A DNA stretch of 62,374 nucleotides, filler included. It is 8 parts of 8 records of this genome, joined end to end, with 100 filler letters (N's around TTAATTAATTAA, not from the genome) between each part and the next. Parts side by side here need not be neighbours in the genome. Positions count along the whole stretch, not along the records: positions 1 to 14,362 come from SRR31147125_31007; positions 14,463 to 19,901 come from SRR31147125_31040; 6 more parts are not named here. One strand, written 5' to 3'. The position numbers were made by a program, and so were the translations under genes. Positions within the stretch are counted from its first letter, which is position 1; every line of letters starts with the position of its first letter. The notes beneath the pieces are model-generated. The model made no database searches, was not told where the DNA came from, and saw only the letters and a program-made list of their open reading frames with translations. This document shows, one piece after another, positions 10,237 to 20,001 of this stretch.

Positions 10237-11711
10237 AAACTCCACCCCACCGGTGCCTGATCATCATATGCCACGACAGCGCTCTTTTGCACACAATATT
10301 TGAGTAATCCCTCCATCCCCAGTTCAACACCGGTCCCGCTCATTTTGTGCGGAGGTACAGGTATCTGGGGATAGCCATCGAGCATACAATTGACCCAAAG
10401 GATACCTGTTTGCAGCGCCTTAATCATGCGCAGTGCCAGAGCCCCGTCTTTTGTCCACACCGAACCTGACAAACCATACATAACCTCATTGGAAATGTGC
10501 ACTGCATCAGCTTCATTTTCAAATGTCAGGATACTCAGAACTGGACCAAAAATTTCCTCGGTTGCGACTTTCATTCCAGGTTGAACGTTGGTCAGCAAGG
10601 TCGGCTCAAGCCAGAATCCGCGAGAAAGTGGTTTTGCCATTTCGAGCCGTTTCCCGCCTGCCAGAATCGTACAGCCATCGCCCGGCGCTTCTTTAAGATA
10701 TTTTTGAGCGATGTTATATTGAGATTGGGTCATCATAGGTCCAACCAACGTATCAACATCCTGCGGATCACCAACTTTTACTTTTGTCAGCTTTGCTTTT
10801 AAAATGGATTCAAATTCCACAGCGACAGATTTCTCTACCAACAAACGTGAACATGACACGCATAACTGACCGGCATTAACAAATGCACTTATAATCACTG
10901 CGTCTGCGGCTTTTTCAAGATCAGCATCGGCAAAAACGATAATGGCATTTTTTCCTCCAAGTTCCAGATTGACAGCTTTCATTTGATCTGCAGCCTGTTT
11001 TTGAATACGTTGTCCCACGGACGTAGAGCCTGTAAACGATATCTTCTTCACATCAGGGTGCTGTATGAGACGTTGTCCAGTAGTGGAACCTGGTCCAAGT
11101 GCGACATTAACAATCCCCGGTGGTATGCCTGCTTCCAGGCATAATCTGGCAAATGCGACACAGGACAAGGGTGTTTCCACTGATGGCTTTACAACGATCG
11201 AATTCCCGGCAGCCAGGGCTGGAGCAACTTTCATGGCAGCATTAACCAAAGGATAATTCCAGGGCAGGATCCCTGCAACCACACCATAGGGCTCATATGT
11301 GGTTAAATGTAAGGCGCCCCCGGATATTGATTTTACACGTCCTTCAATTTTATCTGCAGCACCCGCATAAAATCGGATGATGGCTGCTGTTAACGGAATC
11401 TCGCCACCCGTTAGTTGTGAAATAGGTTTTCCCGTATCCATCAGTTCAAGCGAAACAAGTTCTTCAGATTTTGTTTCCACCAGATCAGCTAATTTTAGCA
11501 GACGAATGCCCCTGTCAGCCGGGGACATGTTTTGCCATTCTGCCGAAAGATAGGCTTGCTTGCTGGATGCAACGATCCGGTCAACACATTCGGCATCGCA
11601 ACATGCTTCTTCAGCACACACCTGACCGTTAGCTGGATTCATAACTTTAAAAATGTCCTCTCCGGCAGAACTTACTTCTTCCCCGTTTACAATGGGTCCA
11701 ACTTTTAACAT
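10233..11711 (-). CDS. NAD(P)-dependent aldehyde dehydrogenase
   Basis: PWNYP, KPS, FTGST, ELGGK (catalytic Glu), NAGQLC (catalytic Cys) and EEIFGP. An alternative GTG start lies at 11723. Confidence 0.95.
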   Translation of the reverse strand: MLKVGPIVNGEEVSSAGEDIFKVMNPANGQVCAEEACCDAECVDRIVASSKQAYLSAEWQNMSPADRGIRLLKLADLVETKSEELVSLELMDTGKPISQLTGGEIPLTAAIIRFYAGAADKIEGRVKSISGGALHLTTYEPYGVVAGILPWNYPLVNAAMKVAPALAAGNSIVVKPSVETPLSCVAFARLCLEAGIPPGIVNVALGPGSTTGQRLIQHPDVKKISFTGSTSVGQRIQKQAADQMKAVNLELGGKNAIIVFADADLEKAADAVIISAFVNAGQLCVSCSRLLVEKSVAVEFESILKAKLTKVKVGDPQDVDTLVGPMMTQSQYNIAQKYLKEAPGDGCTILAGGKRLEMAKPLSRGFWLEPTLLTNVQPGMKVATEEIFGPVLSILTFENEADAVHISNEVMYGLSGSVWTKDGALALRMIKALQTGILWVNCMLDGYPQIPVPPHKMSGTGVELGMEGLLKYCVQKSAVVAYDDQAPVGWSL

Positions 11712-11772
11712 TTGAGACCTCACGATTAATATTCACTCATTGCTTTTGAATTTTAATTTCACCCGAAATTAT

Positions 11773-12903
11773 TCAAGCAGTCAAAAAAATCTTTCTCCTG
11801 TACATCCAATAAAGAATGAGCCACTCCACAACCAGTACAGCTACCGCTTTAAAAAGATCTCCAAATGGACCCATTTGCAGAGCAATTCCGCCTGTAAAAA
11901 TACCAAGAATTTTTCCAAGTGGCACAATGGTGCGGCCCATATAAACCGCCAGCGCATTCATTCCAATAACAACAAAAGGGAATGCCCATTTCCGAAAACC
12001 ATGGACATCAATAATAAAATAAAAAAGAAGAAACAAGAGGCATGACCAGCCCATGCTCGCCAGCCCGTAGGAAGTTGTCCACAGTTTCATAATGATCGGA
12101 ACGATCGGGTCAAGCAGTGTTCCTGTTAGCACACAACAAAATCCGACCAGGCCAATTATCACACATTTCTTTTTTTGCGATAATTGGCTTTTTAATAGTT
12201 TGCCAATTATCAGCCCCAAGATTGTTGTGGAGATTGTTGGAATTGTACTCAAAACAGTACCCCAGCCGTCGGCGTGTGTTCGTCCCAGAACGAGAACGTC
12301 TACGTACGCAACTAAATTGTGACCCATTTTAAATGTCCCTGCGGGTATATCAGGGGCAGAAATAAATGCCAGAATAAGGGCATAGAAAAAGAGAATCAAA
12401 ATTGCTGTTACAGCCTGAAAACGCCATGTTCTGCGAACAAGCAAGAAAGCAACGAGATAGGCAATAGCAATAGGTTGGAGTGCACTGCTTAGTTCAATCA
12501 GATAAGGATGATTTAGGTTAATCGATTCTCTCAGTGAACCAAGAAGGAAAAGTATAGCAAAACGTCTCAAAACACGTATAAATATGTGAGAATATGCCAG
12601 AGTCTGTATGCGCTTTGCATAGGAAAATGGAAGAGACATACCTGTCATGAGCATAAACGATGGCCAGATAATGTCGTAATATCGCAATCCTTGCCAGGAT
12701 GTATGGTCGAGGTGATAAATAATAAAATTAATAACCGGATTGTCTCCGAATGCCTGGAATCCGAGCATAAGAGATCCGCCGCCCACAATCCAGAACATGG
12801 TCCAGCCCCGAAATGCATCCAGAGAAACAAGTCGCTTTGAGACTTGTTGAGGCTGTGATTCCATATTTATCGCGGAAATAATTGAGCTATTTGTTTTTGA
12901 CAT
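11773..12903 (-). CDS. NagX/DUF5009 (heparan-alpha-glucosaminide N-acetyltransferase-like) membrane protein
   Basis: RLVSLDAFRG, DIIWPSF, KLWTTSY, GMNA and YRRKIF motifs; many TM helices. Confidence 0.85.
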   Translation of the reverse strand: MSKTNSSIISAINMESQPQQVSKRLVSLDAFRGWTMFWIVGGGSLMLGFQAFGDNPVINFIIYHLDHTSWQGLRYYDIIWPSFMLMTGMSLPFSYAKRIQTLAYSHIFIRVLRRFAILFLLGSLRESINLNHPYLIELSSALQPIAIAYLVAFLLVRRTWRFQAVTAILILFFYALILAFISAPDIPAGTFKMGHNLVAYVDVLVLGRTHADGWGTVLSTIPTISTTILGLIIGKLLKSQLSQKKKCVIIGLVGFCCVLTGTLLDPIVPIIMKLWTTSYGLASMGWSCLLFLLFYFIIDVHGFRKWAFPFVVIGMNALAVYMGRTIVPLGKILGIFTGGIALQMGPFGDLFKAVAVLVVEWLILYWMYRRKIFLTA

Positions 12904-13601
12904 TAGTACATCTCCGAATTTTCATTTGAGAGTTGTTACTAAGTCAGCTTACCAGTCCTATTATATTGAAAAATGGACTTTTCGAATTTTAAATAACCTG
13001 ATAAAATTTCAATCGAATTCAATCCTGTTTCTGGGGGAATAAACAGGTTCAATGGATTACCAATACAGCTTCATCCGAAAAACGATGTATATGTATGATA
13101 ATCATGGCTCCAATGCCAAATCATGTGGGTTTGGCTGGCTGTCCAAAATCGTTTCAAACTCTATTCCTACATATCTGCAAGTTTATCTTGTGGTATTTTT
13201 CAGGCAACTGTACCAATCACTTAATTTTATCCGGTTTAAAATATTAATAAATTTTAAATATCTCAATTGTAATTTGTATAAAATTGGTTTTTTTACCATT
13301 TCTCTTATGAAAATTATATCTGCTTTTTTGCAGCAGTATTCCATTTATTTATAATTATCAAGCGGTAAAATTAGTATTAAAAACTTTTCCAGAGTAAATT
13401 AATTAATGTAATGGTTACAAGCTGTCTGTTCTAAATCTCAAGATATACTCAAGAAAAATACATTTACATGTTTAAAAAAATTCAAAAAGTATTATTATCA
13501 ACAACCTATTATTAATAAATAACGTGAAACTTTTGTGCAATAAATTTAATAGCCAATGTACTTATTACCAGGTGTATTCGATTCTCTCTTGCCGTAAATA
13601 G

Positions 13602-13631
13602 AAAAAGCCCAAAAACAATTTTGGGCTTTTT
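13602..13631. terminator. Rho-independent terminator, bidirectional form
   Basis: AAAAAGCCCAAAA-acaa-TTTTGGGCTTTTT just downstream of 13660-14217. Confidence 0.8.
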
Positions 13632-13659
13632 AAGGTTCATTTACAAAATGTAGTAAATA

Positions 13660-14217
13660 TCAGGATATCTCACCAAAAGAACGAATAAACAAGTCCTCTA
13701 TCGCCTTTTTACCTTCAGGTTCCAGGTTACGGGTGCCTGTTACAGCAATGGATTTATGACAAATAACCGGCTCATCAGTTTTCCAGGCGTTATCAATCCA
13801 TGAAACCCATTCTTTTCTTTCCTGATCGAATACATGGATAGGCCTGTTAAACAGCTTTGCCAGCTCTACGCCCCAACCGGTCCCACCTTTAATCGTATTA
13901 TTGGAAAGTAACTGACCCACTGCAAATATCTGATAGCCGCTATTAATGATATGAAAAATAGTTTGAAAAACACGTTTCATTGTATCCGTTTGTGCAAATG
14001 TCCGTTCCATGTGTTTATTGATAATGGCTAAACTCACATTACCCAAATTGAGCTCATCTTCAGATAAAAGTTTTAATCCCCGATCTCTTTTAATAGTATG
14101 TCCATCAAAATTATAAGTGACTTCACTCAAGCCCCATTTTTCACTGCACATACCAAAATAATCCTCAGTCCCGCGATGTCCACCTGTATACAAGGTTACA
14201 TCTGCTGATTTTAACAT
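13660..14217 (-). CDS. SLOG-superfamily (cpYpsA/MoCo-carrier-like) putative nucleotide-binding protein
   Basis: N-terminal TGGxxGxE, central GGTGW..ELAK...RP and C-terminal VTGTR, in the circularly permuted SLOG order. AGGAG ribosome site. Confidence 0.55.
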   Translation of the reverse strand: MLKSADVTLYTGGHRGTEDYFGMCSEKWGLSEVTYNFDGHTIKRDRGLKLLSEDELNLGNVSLAIINKHMERTFAQTDTMKRVFQTIFHIINSGYQIFAVGQLLSNNTIKGGTGWGVELAKLFNRPIHVFDQERKEWVSWIDNAWKTDEPVICHKSIAVTGTRNLEPEGKKAIEDLFIRSFGEIS

Positions 14218-14362
14218 AATTTCTCCTTATAATATAAAGTTTTTCTAATCGAACCCATAAAATCATAAAAATTATAACTTTTAATTTAATAACATTTATT
14301 TTAATATTCAAGCTTTTAATATTTATTTCTTTTCACTCTTGTCCAAAATAAATGTTTTGTAA

Positions 14363-14462
14363 NNNNNNNNNNNNNNNNNNNNNNNNNNNNNNNNNNNNNN
14401 NNNNNNTTAATTAATTAANNNNNNNNNNNNNNNNNNNNNNNNNNNNNNNNNNNNNNNNNNNN
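14363..14462. other. Artificial contig linker
   Basis: N44-TTAATTAATTAA-N44, with stops in all six frames. Confidence 0.99.
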
Positions 14463-15866
14463 CCCCCAATACTCCAGGAAATGAGCCTGCGGTAAATGCC
14501 AGTTTGATAATCTGGATGTTTCGTCATAATATAAGCTGAGATGTAACGAATTGGATACTGATTTCAAGGCGCCTTTAAAATCAAGATCTGAAGGAGTGTT
14601 ATAAACAGGATTTCCTCCCAGTATAGCCAATGTTTGGACAGCTCCATTTTTCATATCCTTTATAAGGTCTGCCAAATCAGCGGATCTGGTATATTTACTA
14701 TCCTTTGGTTCTCTAAAGTTCACTGTCTTGCCGACATTGCCCAGAGCAGAATTCAAAGAAACAACAAGGCCCTGCAATGCTACTGGTTGTCCCCTACCAG
14801 CTATAATTAAACATTTACCCTGGTTTTTCAATAAATCTTTTGCGACCGCTTTTAACCATTTTTCATCAACTTTAAAATCATTGTACTGTGATAGAACCTC
14901 TTTTGATACCCTGATATTTAAACCCATATTCAAAAGTTCGAGAGCTAATCGGCCAGTCCAGGCACCAACGAGTCTACTTTGTAATCGCAAACGATGATCA
15001 GCCATTGAACCGGTAACGGAAAACTGACTCTCTACGACATACAAACGATTCATAACATCTTTAGTACCTTGAACTCTTCTTCCAGCAGAAAAGCCAAGTG
15101 CATTTGAGATACTTTCTGCCTCTGTATGTAAAAAATCAGAGTCCAGAGAAAGAATAACATGTGCTTTCTCCAAATGAACTGTAGGCACATAATCCTTACC
15201 AGTCGCCAACTCAATTCCAGTGTTGATATTTTCATCACTTATTGGTTCATAGGTTACCCATTTTGCATTGGGAAAAGTGGATTTGAACCTGTCTGCTAAT
15301 CTTGCCAATGTTGGAGAAGAAAACGATTCGGATAAGATTGCCAGGCCCTTTCCATTGTTTTCTAAAAATGTGGGATAGAGCTGCCGCCAGTCGTTCAGGA
15401 AATCTGCCCATTGCTTCTCCATATTTTGATACATAATACTTTTGGATCGATCCGGATCATAAAGTCCAAGAATAGAAGCTTGCAGAATACTGTTTGTTGC
15501 TCCACTGGAAGATGGGTGATGTTCATTTCCTTCGATCTTTATCGGGCGACCTTCATGGCTTTTAACCACAATACCATAAGCATTTGTACCTAACGGCATT
15601 GTCGAAGCGTAATGCAACGGGATTCCGGGTATGATTTCTTCAGGCGGGATTACATATGGGATTATTTTTTCAACAGGTTTACGGCATGCTGTCAAACCAG
15701 CGAGAGCCATAGATGCACCCATAAGAGTCATAAATTTTCGGCGGGACATGGCATCACCCCAGACCGAAGCACTTTCAGGAAACTCTCTGTGCAAAAAGTC
15801 CTGAAATTCAGTCGTATTTTCTAATTGATCAATACTACGCCAGTATTGTTTATCATTTTTGATCAT
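14463..15866 (-). CDS. actB: Alternative complex III subunit ActB (molybdopterin-oxidoreductase-like), truncated by the contig end
   Basis: YWRS..L, REF and SRRKFM Tat-variant leader, EGRPIKIEGN and LYDPDRS. Directly follows actA. Confidence 0.9.
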
Positions 15867-15872
15867 AGTTCC

Positions 15873-16520
15873 TTACCTGTGACAAGATGAACAATCTTCG
15901 GGAGGATCGATATTTTTTTCCGATTTGAATTGGGCCACAAATTCTGCGTGATTTCCTAAAGGTTTCCATTTCATATTTGTCAGCTCACTTAGCGGACGAA
16001 TGTGACTATCAGGATTTCTATGACAATCAAGGCACCAGCCCATACTTAATGGCTGCTTTTGCATGACAACGTCCATCTCTGCGACGTTTCCATGACATTC
16101 TACACATCCAATGCCGCCATTCAAATGAACGCTATGATTGAAATAGGCATAATCTGGCAAATCATGTACTCGGATCCATTCGATAGGTTTACCTGTTGAC
16201 CAACTTTCCCGCAAAGGTAATAGTTTTTCACTTTCAGGTAAAATCAATTTATGACAATTCATGCACGTCTGTGTTGGAGGTATATTTGCATATGCAGAAA
16301 TTTCAACTGCATCATGGCAATAACGACAATCCAGCCCCAAATCACCAGCATGTAGTTTGTGACTATATGCAATAGGCTGCTTTGGCCGATAACCAACATC
16401 TGTATATTTTGGTGATCCATAATACCAGAAAAATGCGATAATGGATAATAAAAGGAAAAGAACGCCGCCTGCGACGTAAATGGGGATCTTGTTCGTCCAT
16501 TGTGGAAAAAGCTGAGCCAA
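15873..16520 (-). CDS. actA: Alternative complex III pentaheme cytochrome c ActA
   Basis: One TM helix and five CxxCH motifs (CRYCH, CMNCH, CVECH, CLDCH, CSSCH), plus QPIAYSH and LSMGWC. TTG start. Confidence 0.92.
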   Translation of the reverse strand: MAQLFPQWTNKIPIYVAGGVLFLLLSIIAFFWYYGSPKYTDVGYRPKQPIAYSHKLHAGDLGLDCRYCHDAVEISAYANIPPTQTCMNCHKLILPESEKLLPLRESWSTGKPIEWIRVHDLPDYAYFNHSVHLNGGIGCVECHGNVAEMDVVMQKQPLSMGWCLDCHRNPDSHIRPLSELTNMKWKPLGNHAEFVAQFKSEKNIDPPEDCSSCHR

Positions 16521-16587
16521 TTTTACCTACCTTCTCGTAATTTTGTAATTCGCTGTCAATTATTTCTGGTACGATGAAAGGTCATTT

Positions 16588-17455
16588 TTAAAATCTGATA
16601 TTAATAAAAACATCAAATATTATTGCAGCAAAAATACCAAATAAATAGATAATTGAATAACCAAAAACCCCCATACGAGTTTTTTTGACCTGGTCTTTCT
16701 GGCTTTAAATGCTTTGAGAATAAAAATCGCACCAAGTACAAGAGCTGAAATAAAATAAAGTAATCCTGCCCTGGCGATGAAAGGTGTTAAACTTGCACCA
16801 AATAAAATGAGACTATAATAAAAAATATGGTTCAAAGTTGCTTCTTCACCTTTGACTATCGGTAACATCGGCAATTCAACCTTGCGATAGTCGTCTGCAA
16901 AAGAATACGCTAATGCCCAAAAATGTGGTGGACTCCAGAAAAAAACGATAAGAAAAAGAGTCCAGGGGTAATATCAAGCGACCCTGAAGCCGCTGCCCAA
17001 ATCCCAACAGGAGCCATAGCCCCGGCAGCACTACCGATAACGATATTCTGTGGTGTGTTCGGCTTTAGTACCAAAGTATAAAATAAACTATAAAAAAGTA
17101 TAGTTGCAAGTGATAAAACAGCACTTAACCAATTAAATTCAAATGCAAAAAGGCAAATGCCCCCAATCCGATAATAATTGAGAATAATAATGCTTGAGAA
17201 GGTGTGATAAGACCTTTAGGTAAGGGTCTTTTCCTACTCGTACGCTCCATTTTTGCATCTATATCTCTTTCAAAATAATTGTTTAGCGCATTTGCACTTC
17301 CCCCTGTCAGATAAAGAGCTAAAATGGCAAGAAAAACCTCGCAGGTTGAGTTAACAAACTCCCCTCCATAATAAGAGAAGTCAAACCTGAAAACACAACC
17401 AGAATCATAATTTTGGGCTTGGTGAGCAGGAAATAATTTTTATTGTTGATCTCAT
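16588..17455 (-). pseudogene. ctaB: Protoheme IX farnesyltransferase (heme O synthase) with five 1-bp frameshifts, probably an assembly error
   Basis: Hand translation across frames gives [47 protein letters not shown] and DDYRKVELPMLP. Restoring five bases gives 873 bp (290 aa). Confidence 0.88.
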
Positions 17456-17603
17456 TGCTTACTCGAGGAATCTGTTAATCTTAACGATCGCACTATTTGA
17501 TTCAAACGTGAAAAACAAGATGAGTGCAATAAAAATTCAATATTTTTCATTAATTAAGGAAAATTATTAAAATAGAGCGGATTATTTACCCCAAAATCTA
17601 ATA

Positions 17604-17650
17604 AAAAACCAGGTTGAAGCAAAATATCAAGTCATCAACCTGGTTTATTT
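17604..17650 (-). terminator. Inverted repeat, probable terminator after gdh
   Basis: AAACCAGGTTGA...TCAACCTGGTTT, with an A-run on the left that reads as the U-tail on the minus strand. Confidence 0.65.
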
Positions 17651-17682
17651 TAATATTGTTTTATGAACATGGAATTACTCTA

Positions 17683-18942
17683 CTAGGGGAAAATGCCACG
17701 TTGGCCTAATGCTTTGGAAACACGCTCAACAGCGATCATCATGGCTGCGTTCCGCATATCCACTTTTTCCCGTTTTACTATGCCCCATACCGATTTGAAA
17801 CTGTTCACCATCACTTTTTTCAGATTCCTGTTCACTTCGTCCTCATCCCAGAAAAACGATTGAATACTTTGTACCCACTCGAAATAAGAGACAACTACAC
17901 CACCACTATTTGCCAGAATATCCGGCACCACATATTTACCTTTACCCAATAGTATTTTTTCGGCCTCCGGTGTTGTGGGGCCATTGGCGCCTTCAACGAT
18001 GGCTTTGGCTTTAATATTATCTGCATTACTCAGGTTGATTTGTTTCTCTAATGCCGCAGGAACCAAAACATCAACGTCCAGTTCGAGTAATTCCTCATTT
18101 GTTATCTTTGAAATACCTGAAGCAACAAATCCGTCCAGAACGCCATTTTTTGATGTGCTACAATACTCAATCATATCCTTAATAGGCAATCCATTTGGAT
18201 TATAATAGGCACCGCTCACATCGCTAACAGCAATAACATTGCACCCCTCTTTTTGTAACAGATCAGCGCTAACAGAACCAACATTTCCAAAACCCTGAAC
18301 AGCGACGCTCGTTGATGAGGGTTGCATGTCCAAACGTTTCAAAAGTTCAAGCGTATTAAACATAACGCCGCGACCTGTAGCTTCTCTTCGTCCAAGGGAA
18401 CCACCAAGATCAATTGATTTTCCGGTTACAATATCCAGCACGGTGCTTCCCTGAATCATGCTGACAGTATCCATCATCCAACTCATTGTTTCTGCATTTG
18501 TGTTTACATCAGGTGCTGGAATATCGATATGTGGACCAATAATAGGCATTATTTGTACGGTATATCTTCGGGTTAAACGTCTTACTTCCTCTTTACTTAA
18601 CTTTGTGACATCTACCTGTACACCACCTTTTGCTCCACCATAAGGTATATTTACAACAGCACATTTCCAGGTCATCCACATGGCCAATGCTTTTACTTCG
18701 TCTAATGTGACACTTTGATGAAATCGCACGCCACCCTTACACGGACCTCTGACGCAAGAGTGTTGTACCCGGTGACCTGTAAAAACTTCGATCCGTCCAT
18801 CATCCATGACAACAGGTATTGAGACTGTTAATTCGCGCTCCGGATGACTGAGCACCTGCAAGGAACCATCATCCAGCTTTAATCTTTTGCCAGCATCGCG
18901 CAATTGTTCGAGAGCCATCTCGAAAACACTTGCTTTTTCCAT
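17683..18942 (-). CDS. gdhA: Glutamate dehydrogenase (Glu/Leu/Phe/Val family)
   Basis: GPCKGGVRF, MTWKCA, GGAKGG, PAPD, GFGNVG, EGANGPTT and VSYFEW. Confidence 0.93.
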   Translation of the reverse strand: MEKASVFEMALEQLRDAGKRLKLDDGSLQVLSHPERELTVSIPVVMDDGRIEVFTGHRVQHSCVRGPCKGGVRFHQSVTLDEVKALAMWMTWKCAVVNIPYGGAKGGVQVDVTKLSKEEVRRLTRRYTVQIMPIIGPHIDIPAPDVNTNAETMSWMMDTVSMIQGSTVLDIVTGKSIDLGGSLGRREATGRGVMFNTLELLKRLDMQPSSTSVAVQGFGNVGSVSADLLQKEGCNVIAVSDVSGAYYNPNGLPIKDMIEYCSTSKNGVLDGFVASGISKITNEELLELDVDVLVPAALEKQINLSNADNIKAKAIVEGANGPTTPEAEKILLGKGKYVVPDILANSGGVVVSYFEWVQSIQSFFWDEDEVNRNLKKVMVNSFKSVWGIVKREKVDMRNAAMMIAVERVSKALGQRGIFP

Positions 18943-19128
18943 AGAACTCTCCGATTGATTAGTGATTTTTTATTAGAGAATTATTTAATGATAAATAATG
19001 AGATAATTACTATCTTGAAAATGGATCTAAATAATTTTGGTTATTTATTTATCCCTTATAATTTAATGCCTCAATTAATTCAATAAATAAGCAGTATTAC
19101 CTTAGAAATTGAAACTGAGAATAAAACA

Positions 19129-19165
19129 AAAATGCCCTATTCCAATATTTGAAATAGGGCATTTT
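19129..19165 (-). terminator. Rho-independent terminator-like hairpin
   Basis: AAAATGCCCTATT...AATAGGGCATTTT. Confidence 0.75.
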
Positions 19166-19279
19166 ATAAAAGCCTGTTTTTTAACTTTTTCTCTATTTGT
19201 CATTTTCAATACAATAATTCGAGTCGAGAAAGCATAATGATTAGGTACAGGCACGAGTGCCTGGCTAAAAAAGCTGTTA

Positions 19280-19308
19280 AATGTAATTAATTAAAGTCAT
19301 AGTGTCAA
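19280..19308 (-). promoter_or_regulatory. Sigma70-type promoter
   Basis: The minus strand reads TTGACA-N17-TACATT. Confidence 0.55.
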
Positions 19309-19358
19309 GACTAAAATTGTATTATGATACCTTTTTGCACTATCTGGGTCCAAACATT

Positions 19359-19775
19359 TTATGGCAAAAGATAGCTGTCATCTTTAAACTTTTCCAGGTT
19401 TCGCCGTTCTTTTTTAGTGGGTCTTCCTTTATACTTTGGCTTGACCATTTTGTGCATACCTCTGAAAAGTTCTCGCATCTCTTTCTCTTCATCGGAGATT
19501 TCCAATTCATCCTTTTTATATAATAATCTGGCATCCTTTGTTGATATGCTTTTGTGGGAAATTTCCAGTATATGCAGTGTAACATATTTCCCGTTTTTCG
19601 TTTTGATGGTTAATTCATCACCGGATTTTATCGTTTTGGAAGGTTTTGCAACCCTTCCATTTACTTTAACACGTCTATCTTCACATGCACGGGTGGCGAT
19701 AGCCCGCGTTTTATAAATTCGCGCAATTTTTAGCCATTTATCAAGGCGCTGCAGCTCTTTTGTATTTTCATCCAC
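19359..19775 (-). CDS. hslR: Ribosome-associated heat shock protein Hsp15 (S4 domain)
   Basis: RLDKWL..AR.YKTR, V.VNG..AKPS and C-terminal GRPTKKERR. Confidence 0.9.
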   Translation of the reverse strand: MDENTKELQRLDKWLKIARIYKTRAIATRACEDRRVKVNGRVAKPSKTIKSGDELTIKTKNGKYVTLHILEISHKSISTKDARLLYKKDELEISDEEKEMRELFRGMHKMVKPKYKGRPTKKERRNLEKFKDDSYLLP

Positions 19776-19809
19776 TTTTTTACCTCTACAACTTTTGAAT
19801 CACCAGACA

Positions 19810-19901
19810 TCAAGAGTTTTCCATGATCGCCTGTAATTCTTCCTTTTCCACAACTTCTTTTTCCAATAATAATAAAGCCAGTTTTTCCAATGTATTTTTT
19901 T
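19810..19901 (-). CDS. ftsH: C-terminal fragment of FtsH protease
   Basis: Hand translation ...KNTLEKLALLLLEKEVVEKEELQAIMENS* resembles the end of the FtsH M41 domain; only ~29 codons are visible. Confidence 0.55.
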
Positions 19902-20001
19902 NNNNNNNNNNNNNNNNNNNNNNNNNNNNNNNNNNNNNNNNNNNNTTAATTAATTAANNNNNNNNNNNNNNNNNNNNNNNNNNNNNNNNNNNNNNNNNNN
20001 N
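19902..20001. other. Artificial contig linker
   Basis: N44-TTAATTAATTAA-N44. Confidence 0.99.

Noticed and set aside
13052-13354. 100-aa plus-strand ORF between nagX-like and SLOG genes
   Set aside because: AT-rich, no ribosome site and no motif; more likely the regulatory region of the operon.
1981-19270. Shared 12-mer GCCTGGCTAAAA at 1981 and 19259
   Set aside because: Only two copies with dissimilar flanks; chance cannot be excluded.
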